DNA of 64,000 nt from Candidatus Pacearchaeota archaeon (GTDB lineage: Archaea > Nanobdellota > Nanobdellia > Pacearchaeales > UBA284). The stretch covers positions 3,587 to 67,586 of the forward strand of contig JAWANM010000001.1 of NCBI GenBank assembly GCA_038895375.1. Direction: 5' to 3'. Of this stretch, positions 10,122 to 20,200 are shown piece after piece. Every line of letters begins with the position of its first letter. The first letter of the stretch is position 1. The notes below the pieces were generated by a model that saw only the letters and a list, made by a program, of their open reading frames with translations, ran no database searches and was not told where the DNA came from. The position numbers and the translations under genes are program-made.

Positions 10122-10616
10122 TTAAATGTTTATAGATAAATTTAGTTTGTTGACTTGTAGCACAGGTTTCAATTTTTCGCGTTTTTTTTCACGAATCCTT
10201 ACAAACTTAATTAAACCGAACTTTTCAAGAAGCATCAAGTCTTGCTTTACTGCTTTAAAGTTTCTTCCTGAAATTTTAGCAAGCTTATAAATAGAATCTG
10301 GTTTTTTTGTTTTTATTAAATACAAAAGTCTTGCTTTTTCATTGCTCAATAAAGCCCTGATGTCTTGAAGCTCTATTTTCGGTTGAGGCAAATGCACAGG
10401 AGGTATGCTTTTTGTAACTTCTTCTAGTTTTTCTGTTACTTTTGTTCTCAACTTTTTAAAAGTTGGAACCCATAAAGCAAGAGGTGTTTGCTCTAAAACG
10501 CTTGAAATACGTCCTTTTTTAATTTGCTCTTCTTGTTCTTGCTCTTTTTTCTTATCTTTAAAGCCTAGAGTTATGGTTAAATTTTTTACTCTTTCCATCT
10601 TCGTCGTAAATTTCAA
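10122..10616 (-). CDS. Winged-helix (ArsR/MarR-like) transcriptional regulator
   Basis: C-terminal region IRALLSNEKARLLYLIKTKKPDSIYKLAKISGRNFKAVKQDLMLLEKFGLIKFVR is a typical wHTH. Convergent with the pilin cluster. Confidence 0.55.
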   Translation of the reverse strand: MKFTTKMERVKNLTITLGFKDKKKEQEQEEQIKKGRISSVLEQTPLALWVPTFKKLRTKVTEKLEEVTKSIPPVHLPQPKIELQDIRALLSNEKARLLYLIKTKKPDSIYKLAKISGRNFKAVKQDLMLLEKFGLIKFVRIREKKREKLKPVLQVNKLNLSINI

Positions 10617-10772
10617 AGATAATTTGCTTTTTAAATATTATGCTTTCGAATTATATATATTTTTCTTACATATATGGTAAAAAAGAACATATATTTTCAG
10701 CAAAAAATTAAATCATTTTTAAAAGTTTTTCTTGTATTAAAAGTGATGTAACTCTAGCATGGAAGCATAAGC

Positions 10773-10780
10773 TTTATAAA
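10773..10780 (+). promoter_or_regulatory. TATA-box-like TTTATAAA upstream of the S-layer gene (would give a ~115-nt leader)
   Basis: The motif CTTTATAAA recurs upstream of the r-protein operon (48678) and the RNase P RNA (21361). Confidence 0.3.
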
Positions 10781-10920
10781 CAATCCCCTAAAAAGAGGAT
10801 TGAAATAAAGCATTTAGCGAAAGCTTTTTAAAGGGTCTTTGCTTGATGTTAGCATAAATGCTGGCCAGCGTTTCAATTCTGAAACGCGTAATTTGTAATT
10901 TATTGAAAGGAGGTTAGAAA

Positions 10921-13158
10921 ATGAAATTACTTAAAAAGATAGCACCTATTGCTGTCGGAGCAGTTTTAGGACTAGCAACTATGGGTAGCGCGATAGCAGC
11001 AGATCTAGGAACATGGAAAAACAACTTCCCAGCAGCAAACACGGTTGTTGTTGCTTACGATAGTGATGCTGCAGCCATCGCAGAAATTGCAAACTACCTA
11101 GGCCTAAGAGGCGGGACAACAATAACCGGTGAAAGCTGGGGATTTGAAAAATCAACAAACAAACTCAACTTAGGAGAAAACTTAAGTGAGATAAGACCTA
11201 CAATTTCAAAAGAACAACTGCCAACAATTCTTGCAGAAGGTACTTACTGGGACGAAGAAAATAATGAGCACAAGTATACGCAAAAAATAACAGTAGGCGA
11301 TCTCACATTAACGCACTTCCAGGATTATGACTACAAGGACAACGAACCTACACTCGGCTTTAAAATAACAGATACCAGCTCTATCTTGAATTACACCCTT
11401 ACATTCAGCGGAAGCGGACCTGAAATAGGAGACATGAATGGAACATCAATAGAAATGCTTGGTAGAGAGTTTTTCATCAGCAAAGCTGAGGCTGGAAAAA
11501 TAACACTATTAGAAACATCAACAAGAGCTACAATAGAAGAAGAGGAAACAGCTACTGTTGGAGGAAAAACAATAAAAATTAATTATTTCGTTGAAGATGG
11601 GAAGAAAGTATCTTTAATTGTTAATGGAGAGGAGACCAACCCTATAGAAGCAGGAAAAACATACAAGCTTCGTGACGGAACTGTTGTCGGAGTAAAAACA
11701 ATAATATTTGACAGAAGAGAAGGCCGTAAGAGTAAAGTTGTAGTAACAGTGGGAACAGGAAAAATAGAGCTTATCAATGATACAGAAGTAAAAATTAATG
11801 ATAAGACAGTATATGGTTTAAAATCATACATTGATGTACCCAGTAGCAATTTGAAATCGATAACTCTTGAATGGATAGCAGACGATGATTATTACATCGG
11901 GGCTGGTGACGAGCTTGTAATGCCTGGACTTAAGGCATTAAAGCTCATGATGACAGAAATGGTGTTCCCAGCAGGAGAAGACATAACAATAAAAGGAGAT
12001 GGAAGAAAAGCCAAGCTTGAGGTTCCGATAAAAGACGGAACAGCAAATATTGTTCTTTTAGAAGGTGATGGTACAAACTGGACAACAATCGGAGAAGAAG
12101 GTAGGGTATTAAAGACGACTCTTGGAAATGCGCTTATCGACCTAACTACAAGAGATAGGTTCTTCACAACATACATAAACGGTGAAGAAGGAGAATCTTA
12201 TTATTGGGAAGTGGAAAGCTTCGACACAGACAACAACAAAGTAACATTTAAAACATTAGTAGGAAGTAAAAGCTGCACTGTCGCAGAAGGTGATGATTGT
12301 GAAGTTGGCGAAGTTTCCTTCACAGTCACGGGCCTAAATGCAACTGCTAAAAAGGTGAACATAACCGCAGGTGAGTACGTCAATTTCCACACAATAGTGT
12401 CCAGCAAAGGAGCTCTTTTCTACCTTCCACAAACGGAAAATGGGAGTATATGGGGTTATCTAAATTCCTCAAACCCTACGGGATGGGTCTTAGGAATGTA
12501 CGAAGAGGACAAAGAAGGATACATTGGCTTCGGAAACTGGACAGCGTTTTTATTCGGATTTAATGACGATGGAAAAGCGACTGTTGCTGATGTAGATAGC
12601 GAGAAATGGGCTGGTGAAGGGATGCTAAAGAAAGGTGAAGACACTGAGATTGGTTATGTAGAATCGCCACTAGCGACAAAAGTTGTTTATGAAACTGGTG
12701 GAAGGCAAGATTATGCAATTGTAACATACTATGGCGAAGAGGTTTATGGAAATGTGTTCATTGCAGGAGCTGGTGCAGCAGCGGGTGGTGGAGAAGTTGC
12801 AATAACATACCCTGAGTTGACAGAAAGCATGAAAGCAACAAAGAACATCATAAGCATTGGTGGTTCTGGAGTCAACCCATTCAGCGCAGAGCTATTGTTC
12901 GGCTCACCTACGCTTGTTTATGGAAGCGACTCAAGATGGGTGAGCGCTACAGGCGTTGATGGTGTTGGCAAGGCGCTTGTTCAGCTATATCAAGGTACAT
13001 CAGCATGCCAGAAAGTTTGCTTGCTTGTAGCAGGATTCGAAGCAAGCGACACATTGAAAGCTGCAAGATTCTTAACAACAAAGGCTGATGAGTTGGCAGG
13101 AAAAACAAAAGCTGTGCTCGACACAACAGGAGACACTGCAAGCGTAATAACAACCTAA
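10921..13158 (+). CDS. S-layer / major cell-surface protein (secreted, 745 aa)
   Basis: Signal peptide MKLLKKIAPIAVGAVLGLATMGSAIAADLG. GGAGG SD at 10909-10913. GC content and codon usage differ from neighbours (highly expressed look). T/S/G-rich beta-type composition. T-rich terminator 13180-13230. All antisense ORFs inside are spurious. Confidence 0.6.
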   Translation: MKLLKKIAPIAVGAVLGLATMGSAIAADLGTWKNNFPAANTVVVAYDSDAAAIAEIANYLGLRGGTTITGESWGFEKSTNKLNLGENLSEIRPTISKEQLPTILAEGTYWDEENNEHKYTQKITVGDLTLTHFQDYDYKDNEPTLGFKITDTSSILNYTLTFSGSGPEIGDMNGTSIEMLGREFFISKAEAGKITLLETSTRATIEEEETATVGGKTIKINYFVEDGKKVSLIVNGEETNPIEAGKTYKLRDGTVVGVKTIIFDRREGRKSKVVVTVGTGKIELINDTEVKINDKTVYGLKSYIDVPSSNLKSITLEWIADDDYYIGAGDELVMPGLKALKLMMTEMVFPAGEDITIKGDGRKAKLEVPIKDGTANIVLLEGDGTNWTTIGEEGRVLKTTLGNALIDLTTRDRFFTTYINGEEGESYYWEVESFDTDNNKVTFKTLVGSKSCTVAEGDDCEVGEVSFTVTGLNATAKKVNITAGEYVNFHTIVSSKGALFYLPQTENGSIWGYLNSSNPTGWVLGMYEEDKEGYIGFGNWTAFLFGFNDDGKATVADVDSEKWAGEGMLKKGEDTEIGYVESPLATKVVYETGGRQDYAIVTYYGEEVYGNVFIAGAGAAAGGGEVAITYPELTESMKATKNIISIGGSGVNPFSAELLFGSPTLVYGSDSRWVSATGVDGVGKALVQLYQGTSACQKVCLLVAGFEASDTLKAARFLTTKADELAGKTKAVLDTTGDTASVITT

Positions 13159-13179
13159 AGCAAAGGTGCTAAATAATAT

Positions 13180-13230
13180 TGTTTTTATTTTTTGATTTTT
13201 GTTTTTTCTTTTTATTTTTAATAAAGTTGA
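13180..13230 (+). terminator. Oligo-T tract cluster (archaeal-type terminator) downstream of S-layer gene
   Basis: ttgtttttattttttgatttttgttttttctttttattttt. Confidence 0.45.
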
Positions 13231-13372
13231 TAAAAAGCCGGCTGCTAAAATAAAATTTTCAACAAATTAAACAAAGTTTCTTAATTTTTGACTATTCAAT
13301 TTTCAAATCTTAATTTTTGAAGGAAGCTGTTTTTTCTTAAAATTTATAAATCAATGCTTTTTAGAAATCATC

Positions 13373-13993
13373 ATGCTTAAGCCACTGGAAACAAAAGAAG
13401 CGAGAGAAAAAAGAATAAGAAGGCAAAATACAATTTTTGGCATTGTAATCGCGATTATTATGATAGCTGGAACAATCGGCTGGGCAATAACAAGTCGCGA
13501 AACAGAAAAACAACAAAGCTACAATGGATTCAAATTCAAAAATAATGAAAATTTTTGGCAAACGACCATCAAAGTTTATGGACAAAACTTTTTACTACAA
13601 ACAAGTTTTTTGCCTCAAGAAGTCGAAAGCGTTGCTAGCAATTTAGAAACGCTAAGTTTGGAAAAATTTTTAGGAAAAGTTGTCTTTTTTGTTGCTTTCT
13701 CTGCTTCAGAGCTACAAGCAGCACAAGAACTTGCAATAAATTTACAATATTTCGTTGTAAGAATGCAAATGGCTTGTTCTTCGGAGCATGCCAACGAAAG
13801 TTTTTGTTTAGAAAAGCCAATCAAAAGCTGCGACGATGCTGATCTGGATACTGTAATTATACTTTTAGAGGAGTCGAACGAAACAAGAATAGATTTTGAA
13901 AAAGGTTGTTTAAGAATTTCTGGAAAAGAAACAGAAATTATAAAGGCTGCTGACAAAACTCTTTTTGTTGCTTTCGGAATAATGAAAGGCTAA
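13373..13993 (+). CDS. Membrane-anchored hypothetical protein (N-terminal TM, extracytoplasmic domain)
   Basis: Basic N-terminus then TM IFGIVIAIIMIAGTIGWAI. No motif recognised. Confidence 0.4.
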   Translation: MLKPLETKEAREKRIRRQNTIFGIVIAIIMIAGTIGWAITSRETEKQQSYNGFKFKNNENFWQTTIKVYGQNFLLQTSFLPQEVESVASNLETLSLEKFLGKVVFFVAFSASELQAAQELAINLQYFVVRMQMACSSEHANESFCLEKPIKSCDDADLDTVIILLEESNETRIDFEKGCLRISGKETEIIKAADKTLFVAFGIMKG

Positions 13994-13994
13994 A

Positions 13995-14594
13995 ATGAAA
14001 GGAAAAAAGATATTTATTTTTTTACTGCTAATCGCTATATTCTTTGCTTCAGTTTTTTTCTTGAAAAAAGAAATTTCCGACCTTTCCGAGCCTAATTTTC
14101 AATACAAGAGCTTGGAATTTGTAAAAACAAATTTGGACAACTTAACGCTCTATGCAACAAGCGTCTTGCTAAAAAACAATGGTATAAGCATGCAGACTTT
14201 TTACTTTAGAAACGACCCTAGAAAGCTCGGTAAAATTCCTTTCGATGCAGAAATGAACATAACAAAAAGAGGCTATGTTTCTTTTACGCCACAAGCTCTT
14301 GATTGTGAAGAAGTAAACATTGCTGCTTGGAACATTGGATATTTTTTTGCTCGAATCGGAACCGAAATGAAAGCAGGAGTTACAGAAAAAACAGAAAAAA
14401 GCAATGCAACAATAATTAATTGTTCGAGCAGCGATAGAGAAATGATTGTAATTTTGAAGGCACAAGCTAAAAAAACAAAAATTTATCAAGATAAGGAAAA
14501 TAAGAACTGCATCATTATCGAGGCTAAAGAATGCAGGCTAATCGAAGCTACAGAAAGATTGATTCTAGAAGTGCTTTTGAAGCAAAAAGCATAA
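13995..14594 (+). CDS. Secreted hypothetical protein
   Basis: Signal/TM MKGKKIFIFLLLIAIFFASVFFL. Abuts the upstream gene with a 1-nt spacer. Confidence 0.4.
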   Translation: MKGKKIFIFLLLIAIFFASVFFLKKEISDLSEPNFQYKSLEFVKTNLDNLTLYATSVLLKNNGISMQTFYFRNDPRKLGKIPFDAEMNITKRGYVSFTPQALDCEEVNIAAWNIGYFFARIGTEMKAGVTEKTEKSNATIINCSSSDREMIVILKAQAKKTKIYQDKENKNCIIIEAKECRLIEATERLILEVLLKQKA

Positions 14595-14655
14595 GCATTT
14601 AAGCTTGAAAAACAAAACTAGAAAACTTTTAAACTCTTTTCTCTTGCTTTATTAT

Positions 14656-14754
14656 GCCGGGATGGCCCAACTGGTACGGCGCAGGCCTTGAGAGCCTGTT
14701 GGACGCAAGTCCTGTCAGGGTTCGAGAACAAGAATCGAAAATCCCTGTCCCGGC
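14656..14754 (+). tRNA. tRNA-Ser (anticodon TGA) with a 15-nt insertion (putative intron) in the T-loop
   Basis: Acceptor GCCGGGA/TCCCGGC. Anticodon stem CAGGC/GCCTG with loop CTTGAGA. Long variable arm GGACGCAAGTCC. T-stem CAGGG/CCCTG encloses 22 nt (TTCGAGAACAAGAATCGAAAAT) instead of 7. Confidence 0.6.
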
Positions 14755-14755
14755 G

Positions 14756-15352
14756 TTATTTTTCAGAAAAAATAGTGTATTTTGCAATGTAGTTCTTTTC
14801 TTTCTTTAAGATAACTTCAAGATTTAGATCTTTTTCTTTGTTTTTAACTTTGCCAGCAAAGCTAACTTTATTTACTTTTTTAAAAATAGGTAGAAGATGA
14901 ATCTCAAGAATGATGCTGGCAGAAGGAAAAACTTTAGAAAAAGAGACAACTTTAGAAGTGAGCTCTTTTTTATATTTAATTATACCGACTGGAAAATATT
15001 TTTCTTTAAATTCTATTAGATAAAGATTGTTTTTTGTCGTAACATAAGGAATTTTTTCCATGCTTTTATTAAAAATTTTAATACCATATTTATCGCTTAT
15101 CTCTTGCAACTCTCTAAAGGAAAAAGAACAAACATACACTTCTTTCCAGTTTTCTTTATTTTTTCCTTTTTCATTAACAAAATTTATCAATTTTTCATAA
15201 ACATCTTTCTCGAGATCGAAAAAAACATTAAGCTGAGAACAGCAATGCAAAATGAGATCTACATCTTGATCTCTAGAAAATTCTGAGAAGGCTTCGCTGA
15301 TTTTTCTATAAATATCTGCATATTCTGCTGAAATTATATTTGCGCTTATCAT
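14756..15352 (-). CDS. Hypothetical protein (198 aa)
   Basis: ORF only. No recognisable motif. Confidence 0.35.
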   Translation of the reverse strand: MISANIISAEYADIYRKISEAFSEFSRDQDVDLILHCCSQLNVFFDLEKDVYEKLINFVNEKGKNKENWKEVYVCSFSFRELQEISDKYGIKIFNKSMEKIPYVTTKNNLYLIEFKEKYFPVGIIKYKKELTSKVVSFSKVFPSASIILEIHLLPIFKKVNKVSFAGKVKNKEKDLNLEVILKKEKNYIAKYTIFSEK

Positions 15353-15442
15353 TTTATTTTTTTCTACTTTTAATTTAGAAGCTAGATTTAGAAATGAGCA
15401 AAGAAAAAATTTATAAATTTTTCTAAAGCCAATGTTTGAATA

Positions 15443-17104
15443 TTATCTTTTACCGAGTAGTTTTTGTTTTCTTCTTATGCGTGCAATCATAATAATTATG
15501 CCAAGCAAAGCAACAATTACGCATGCAACAATAACAACAAGCCATCTCCATAATTCTGCTTTACCAAACTTTTTCTCTAAGATACTGCATTCTTTTGTTT
15601 CCTCTGGTTTTCTTTCTGCTGTGCCGCAATTATTCAAATCGATGCATGTTCTTGTTTTTACACCATCTACGCAAGAGCTCCAAGCAGTGCAATTCCAATT
15701 TGGTTCGCATTTACTCGGCTCTGAAATTGCTCTTAGCATTAAATCGACTTTGTTGTTGCTTATGCTCAAAACAGTTATTGAAAAATCATTTATGTTGTTC
15801 GCGTTCAAATCAAATTCTTTTGTTTCATTGATGTAAATAGTAGCAACAATCGAGTTGATTTCCAGAGTTGTTGAATTGCTCGTTATGTTCTTTACGGTAA
15901 TTATATGACTTTCATTACCAAGAGTAAAGTTGATTTTCTCGTCTTTTGCAACATTGTTTATAGTTTTGTTTGTTCCTGTTATGTTGCCAACGTCGTGTAT
16001 TCGAGCGGGGTTGCATTCTTTAGTATTGACATTACAGCCATAAGTGCAATATTCTATTGTTCGCCATGCATTGTTGATGCATTTTTGTAAAGCATCTCCG
16101 GAACATCTTTTTGCATTTTCAGTACATACTGTACCGCTTTCGCCATTTTCGCTTGTAGAAGACTTTATAGTTATACTCCATTTTTCAGAGCTGTCCGAAT
16201 TGCCAGCATAATCATAACACCTAACCTGCCATTCATAAGTGCCTCTTTCGAGTTCTATATCTGAAAATTCTTGCTGTGTACCATTTTCTATGCTAGTATC
16301 TGTTTGTCTTAAGCTGCCATCTATATACAAAGAACAATTCTTAATGCCAAAATTATCTGTAACATTGTACTTGAAATCTATGGTTGTTGAAGTTGTATTA
16401 TAATTGTTTGTCGGCGACTTTAAATGCACTTCTGGCTTTGTTGTGTCTATTGTCAAAGTTCTGTTGCTCGAGAAGTTACAATTGCCAGCAGCATCACAAG
16501 CTTGACAAGCCCATAAATAGCGTGCGTTTGCGGCTAAGCTCTGTGCAAATGTTGTTGTATTGTTTGTTCCTGAAACATTGCTCGAGTTTTTTGCACCCCA
16601 GCCAAACCAATTGCCGTAAAGCGTTATGTTACTCAAATTGTAATTGTCTTGAGCTGTACAATTAAAAGTTATGTTTGTAGTTGAAAAATTGGCATAAGCG
16701 ACTGGCGCGTTTAACATTATATTTGGTGCTGTAGTATCGTTTACTTTGAGTTCTAATGCAATGTTCCAAGATCCTGTTGCATTAGTGATAGTTATTGTTA
16801 AATTATAATCTCCAGGCTCTGAAACTGTGACGTTAAACCAAAAATGTTCAATAGAGTTGTTCATAACAAGACCGTCTTTTTCCCAGCTTAACACGCTTGA
16901 GGTGTTAGAAAAATTTGCTTCAGCAACACTGCTACCATTGGAATCTGCAATAAATATAAAGCCATCAGGCAAAGTTATATTAACTTGAGTTATATTTGAT
17001 TCTTCTGTTTCGTAACTATTGTTTATTGAAATATTAATCAAAGATGAAACGTCTTCGTTGATTGAATTTTCTTGTAGCCAAGCAGAATATTCCGCAAAAG
17101 TCAT
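15443..17104 (-). CDS. Cell-surface protein with C-terminal TM anchor and N-glycosylation-sequon-rich Ig-like repeats; signal peptide out of frame (see finding)
   Basis: C-terminus WRWLVVIVACVIVALLGIIIMIARIRRKQK (TM plus basic tail). Shares a ~75-aa block with the giant protease (NCTAQDNYNLSNITLYGNW...WACQACDAAGNC). A 45-codon ORF starting at 17171 encodes a signal peptide in another frame. Confidence 0.6.
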   Translation of the reverse strand: MTFAEYSAWLQENSINEDVSSLINISINNSYETEESNITQVNITLPDGFIFIADSNGSSVAEANFSNTSSVLSWEKDGLVMNNSIEHFWFNVTVSEPGDYNLTITITNATGSWNIALELKVNDTTAPNIMLNAPVAYANFSTTNITFNCTAQDNYNLSNITLYGNWFGWGAKNSSNVSGTNNTTTFAQSLAANARYLWACQACDAAGNCNFSSNRTLTIDTTKPEVHLKSPTNNYNTTSTTIDFKYNVTDNFGIKNCSLYIDGSLRQTDTSIENGTQQEFSDIELERGTYEWQVRCYDYAGNSDSSEKWSITIKSSTSENGESGTVCTENAKRCSGDALQKCINNAWRTIEYCTYGCNVNTKECNPARIHDVGNITGTNKTINNVAKDEKINFTLGNESHIITVKNITSNSTTLEINSIVATIYINETKEFDLNANNINDFSITVLSISNNKVDLMLRAISEPSKCEPNWNCTAWSSCVDGVKTRTCIDLNNCGTAERKPEETKECSILEKKFGKAELWRWLVVIVACVIVALLGIIIMIARIRRKQKLLGKR

Positions 17105-17224
17105 GGGAAAAAGAAGTAAAAATAATAATGCTAAAGAAAATGCAAAAGTAAAAATTAAATTTTTTTTTCATTTGCATCACCTTTTTAGCTTCAAAGCAAG
17201 TGCATGCTAAAAATCTTTCGTTTT

Positions 17225-20200
17225 TTATTTTCTTTTCTTTTTGAAAACTGCAAAGAAAATGGTAATAATTAAAGCCATCGCAACCAAAATTAAAACAATA
17301 TAAAGAGTTGGGAAAGAAACTTTTCTAGCTTCTTCTTGCTTTTCTTCTGCTTTGCCTTGAATTTTTTCTTCTCTAACTAGTGGCTCCGGCAGCTCCGGCA
17401 GTGTTATGTTTGTTATGTTTGTTTGATTTGTTGGGCCAATGTTTATAGTGCTAGCTCCGCCACCAGCGCCACCACCAGCACCGCCGCCAGCGCCGCCACC
17501 GCTGCTAGGAGAGTAATACATAGGAGCAAAGATGCTTGAATTAGCTATACTAACGTTTCCAGAATAAACATAATTGTGTTCTGTGTCGACTCCGCTGCTT
17601 GCAAGCTCGCTCCAAGAGCCATTATAAGCAAACATTTTCAAACTAGTTTCATCACTGATTTCTCTTTCATTATAGCTCATATTAAGATAGATCCACGAGC
17701 CTACTGATGCTGCAATTACATTGACAAATTTACCAATGTTTCTATAATTTCTCGGGTCTGGTGCTGGTGCTATTGTCTTGTTCAAAGCAATATTTTCTGA
17801 TATAAAGTTTATTGTTTCTTCCAAGCCGATATCAAAATAAGAGACTATATTGTTTGTTGAGTTTAGTGAAACAAATGCAAAAAATTGATTATTTTTCGAC
17901 TCGTCATCAATTAAAATGTTGTTATTGCTAGAAGAGTTAATAAATAAACCAATCTGATTATTGTTTGTTTCAGTTGAAATAATATAATTATCGCGACTAA
18001 ATCCTAAAAGAATACCAAATTCATTTGAATTGGCCTTTGTATTAAAAATACTGTTTTTTGAAGAAGAAAGAACTCCAATGCCTACATAATTATCATTAAA
18101 AGAAGAATTTGTTATGTTGTTGTGGTTAGAATTAAAAAGAGCCAAACCAAAATAATTACCGGAAGAATTGATTAGATCAAAAGTTGTATTTTCAGTTGCT
18201 AAAACAAGCAAGCCATTATTATCAAGACTCTCAGATCCAGCAATGGTTATGTTCTTAAGTGAAGAATTATCGGCATTGCATAAAATTAATTCTGAGAGAG
18301 TTTCATTTTCTAAGGTTACGCTAGAATTATAGAATTTTATTTCTCTGTCGCCAGAACCCGTGTTATTTTCTATAATATTATTACAATAAGTGTCAATATT
18401 AGCATAACCAATCAAATCGAACAAATTATTTTCTCTTATTATATTATCGATGATAACATTATTTTGACCATCTTCAAGATAAAGGCCATAATCATTATAT
18501 TCAAAAATGCTATCATTAATATTGTTGCCATTAGAATCTTCTAAATAAATTCCATAATAATTTCCAGAAGAATTAATCAAAGAAAAATTAGAATCATTTG
18601 TATAATAGACAAATATGCCATTGTTTTGCAAGTAATCTGAGCCGATAACAGTTACATTATAAATTGAAGAGCTATCGGCATCACACAAAATAAGTTCAGA
18701 AAAAATTTCGTCGCTTAAGTTAACACTTTCATTATAGAAGGCAATAGCTCTATCGCCAGAACCAGTAACATTTTCAATAAAGATACGATCACAACTAGAA
18801 TCTGATAAGCTATTAAACCCTACATCTTGCTGTAAGTTATCTTGAACATTGCAATTGCTTATGTTTATACTTAGCTCGCCGCTGACAGGAAGATCATAAA
18901 TATAAATGCCTGTACTAAAATTAGAAATTGTCAAATTAAAGATAGTTATATTTCCACCTTGAGCAGTGTTTATTCCGTAACCTGTGCTATTGCCAGTGAT
19001 GCTATAGCCGGCGCCATTAATTGTTATGTTATTTGAACCAATTGTGAAGCAAGTTCCATTGCTCTGTAAGTTTCCATTTAAAGTGCATGATTCATAAATT
19101 CTATCGCCACATGTATAAATCATGCCGCTTTCTGCAACACAGCCATAAGGAATTGTTAAAGTTCTATTGTTTGAAGCAAAAACACAATTTCCAGCAGCAT
19201 CACAAGCTTGACAATTCCAAACATAGGTTCCTGAATCAAGAATTTTTTCAAAAATTACTGGTATTGCATTTTCTGGCGAGCTATTGGTTTCGTTAGCGTG
19301 CCAGCCACCAGACCAATTGCCATAAAGAGTTACATTTGTTAAATTTACATTATCAGAAGCAGTACAATTAAATATAATATTTCTTGAGTTTGAAGTAAAG
19401 TTATCTTGTGGTTCGTTTAAAATAACTGTAGGTTCTCCAGATATTACGATTAAAGTTCTTGTTGTTGAAATGTTGATTATTCCTATATTTTCTTCCCAAC
19501 ACTGAATTTTCCAGTTGTAAATTCCTTCTTTACTAAGATTGTATGTTATTGTAGTAAATGTATTATTTTCTGCAATAGTTGTATTAACAATGGTGTTGTT
19601 TATTATTAAATCGCATGTCGCATTTGTTGCATTTTTATTTATCGTTGTAAAATTAAAAGTTATTAAAGAATTGTTTGTTATATAACCATTCTCTGGCGAG
19701 TTTAACAAGATGCTCGGCTTAAAGTTCGGCGCATTAACCACATGAGGATACTCGACTTCTACACCAACGCCGCTACAATTAAACCTTATATAAATATAAC
19801 CATTATCGCCCCATCCTGCTCCCCAGCTGTTTTTGACAATCCAATAACTAGTATTTATGTTTCCTGTATCATTATAACCCACAAGCAAGACGCCATGATT
19901 TAAATCAGACCAATTTTGTGGTATATTGCATGTACTATCATTGAACAAACCACCAGAATAGTTGAACCACGCACTGGTAGCTTTAACACCTATAATAATT
20001 GGACCATTATCTATCAATAATTGTTTGAGTTCTTCATTTGATAAAGGGACGGTAACATTTGGATAATTACTTATGTTGACGTTTGTTGTAAAATTAGTTA
20101 TGTTCCACAATCTGGTCGCATAATCTGAACATCTGTCTGAGCATATAGCGTTAGAACAGTTTCCTCCAGTATGGTAAACACATGATGTAGAGCAATTAGA

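Noticed and set aside
11583-13153. Five antisense ORFs (62-94 aa) inside the S-layer gene
   Set aside because: They are reverse-strand shadows of a strongly biased coding region with Ser/Pro/Thr-rich nonsense translations.
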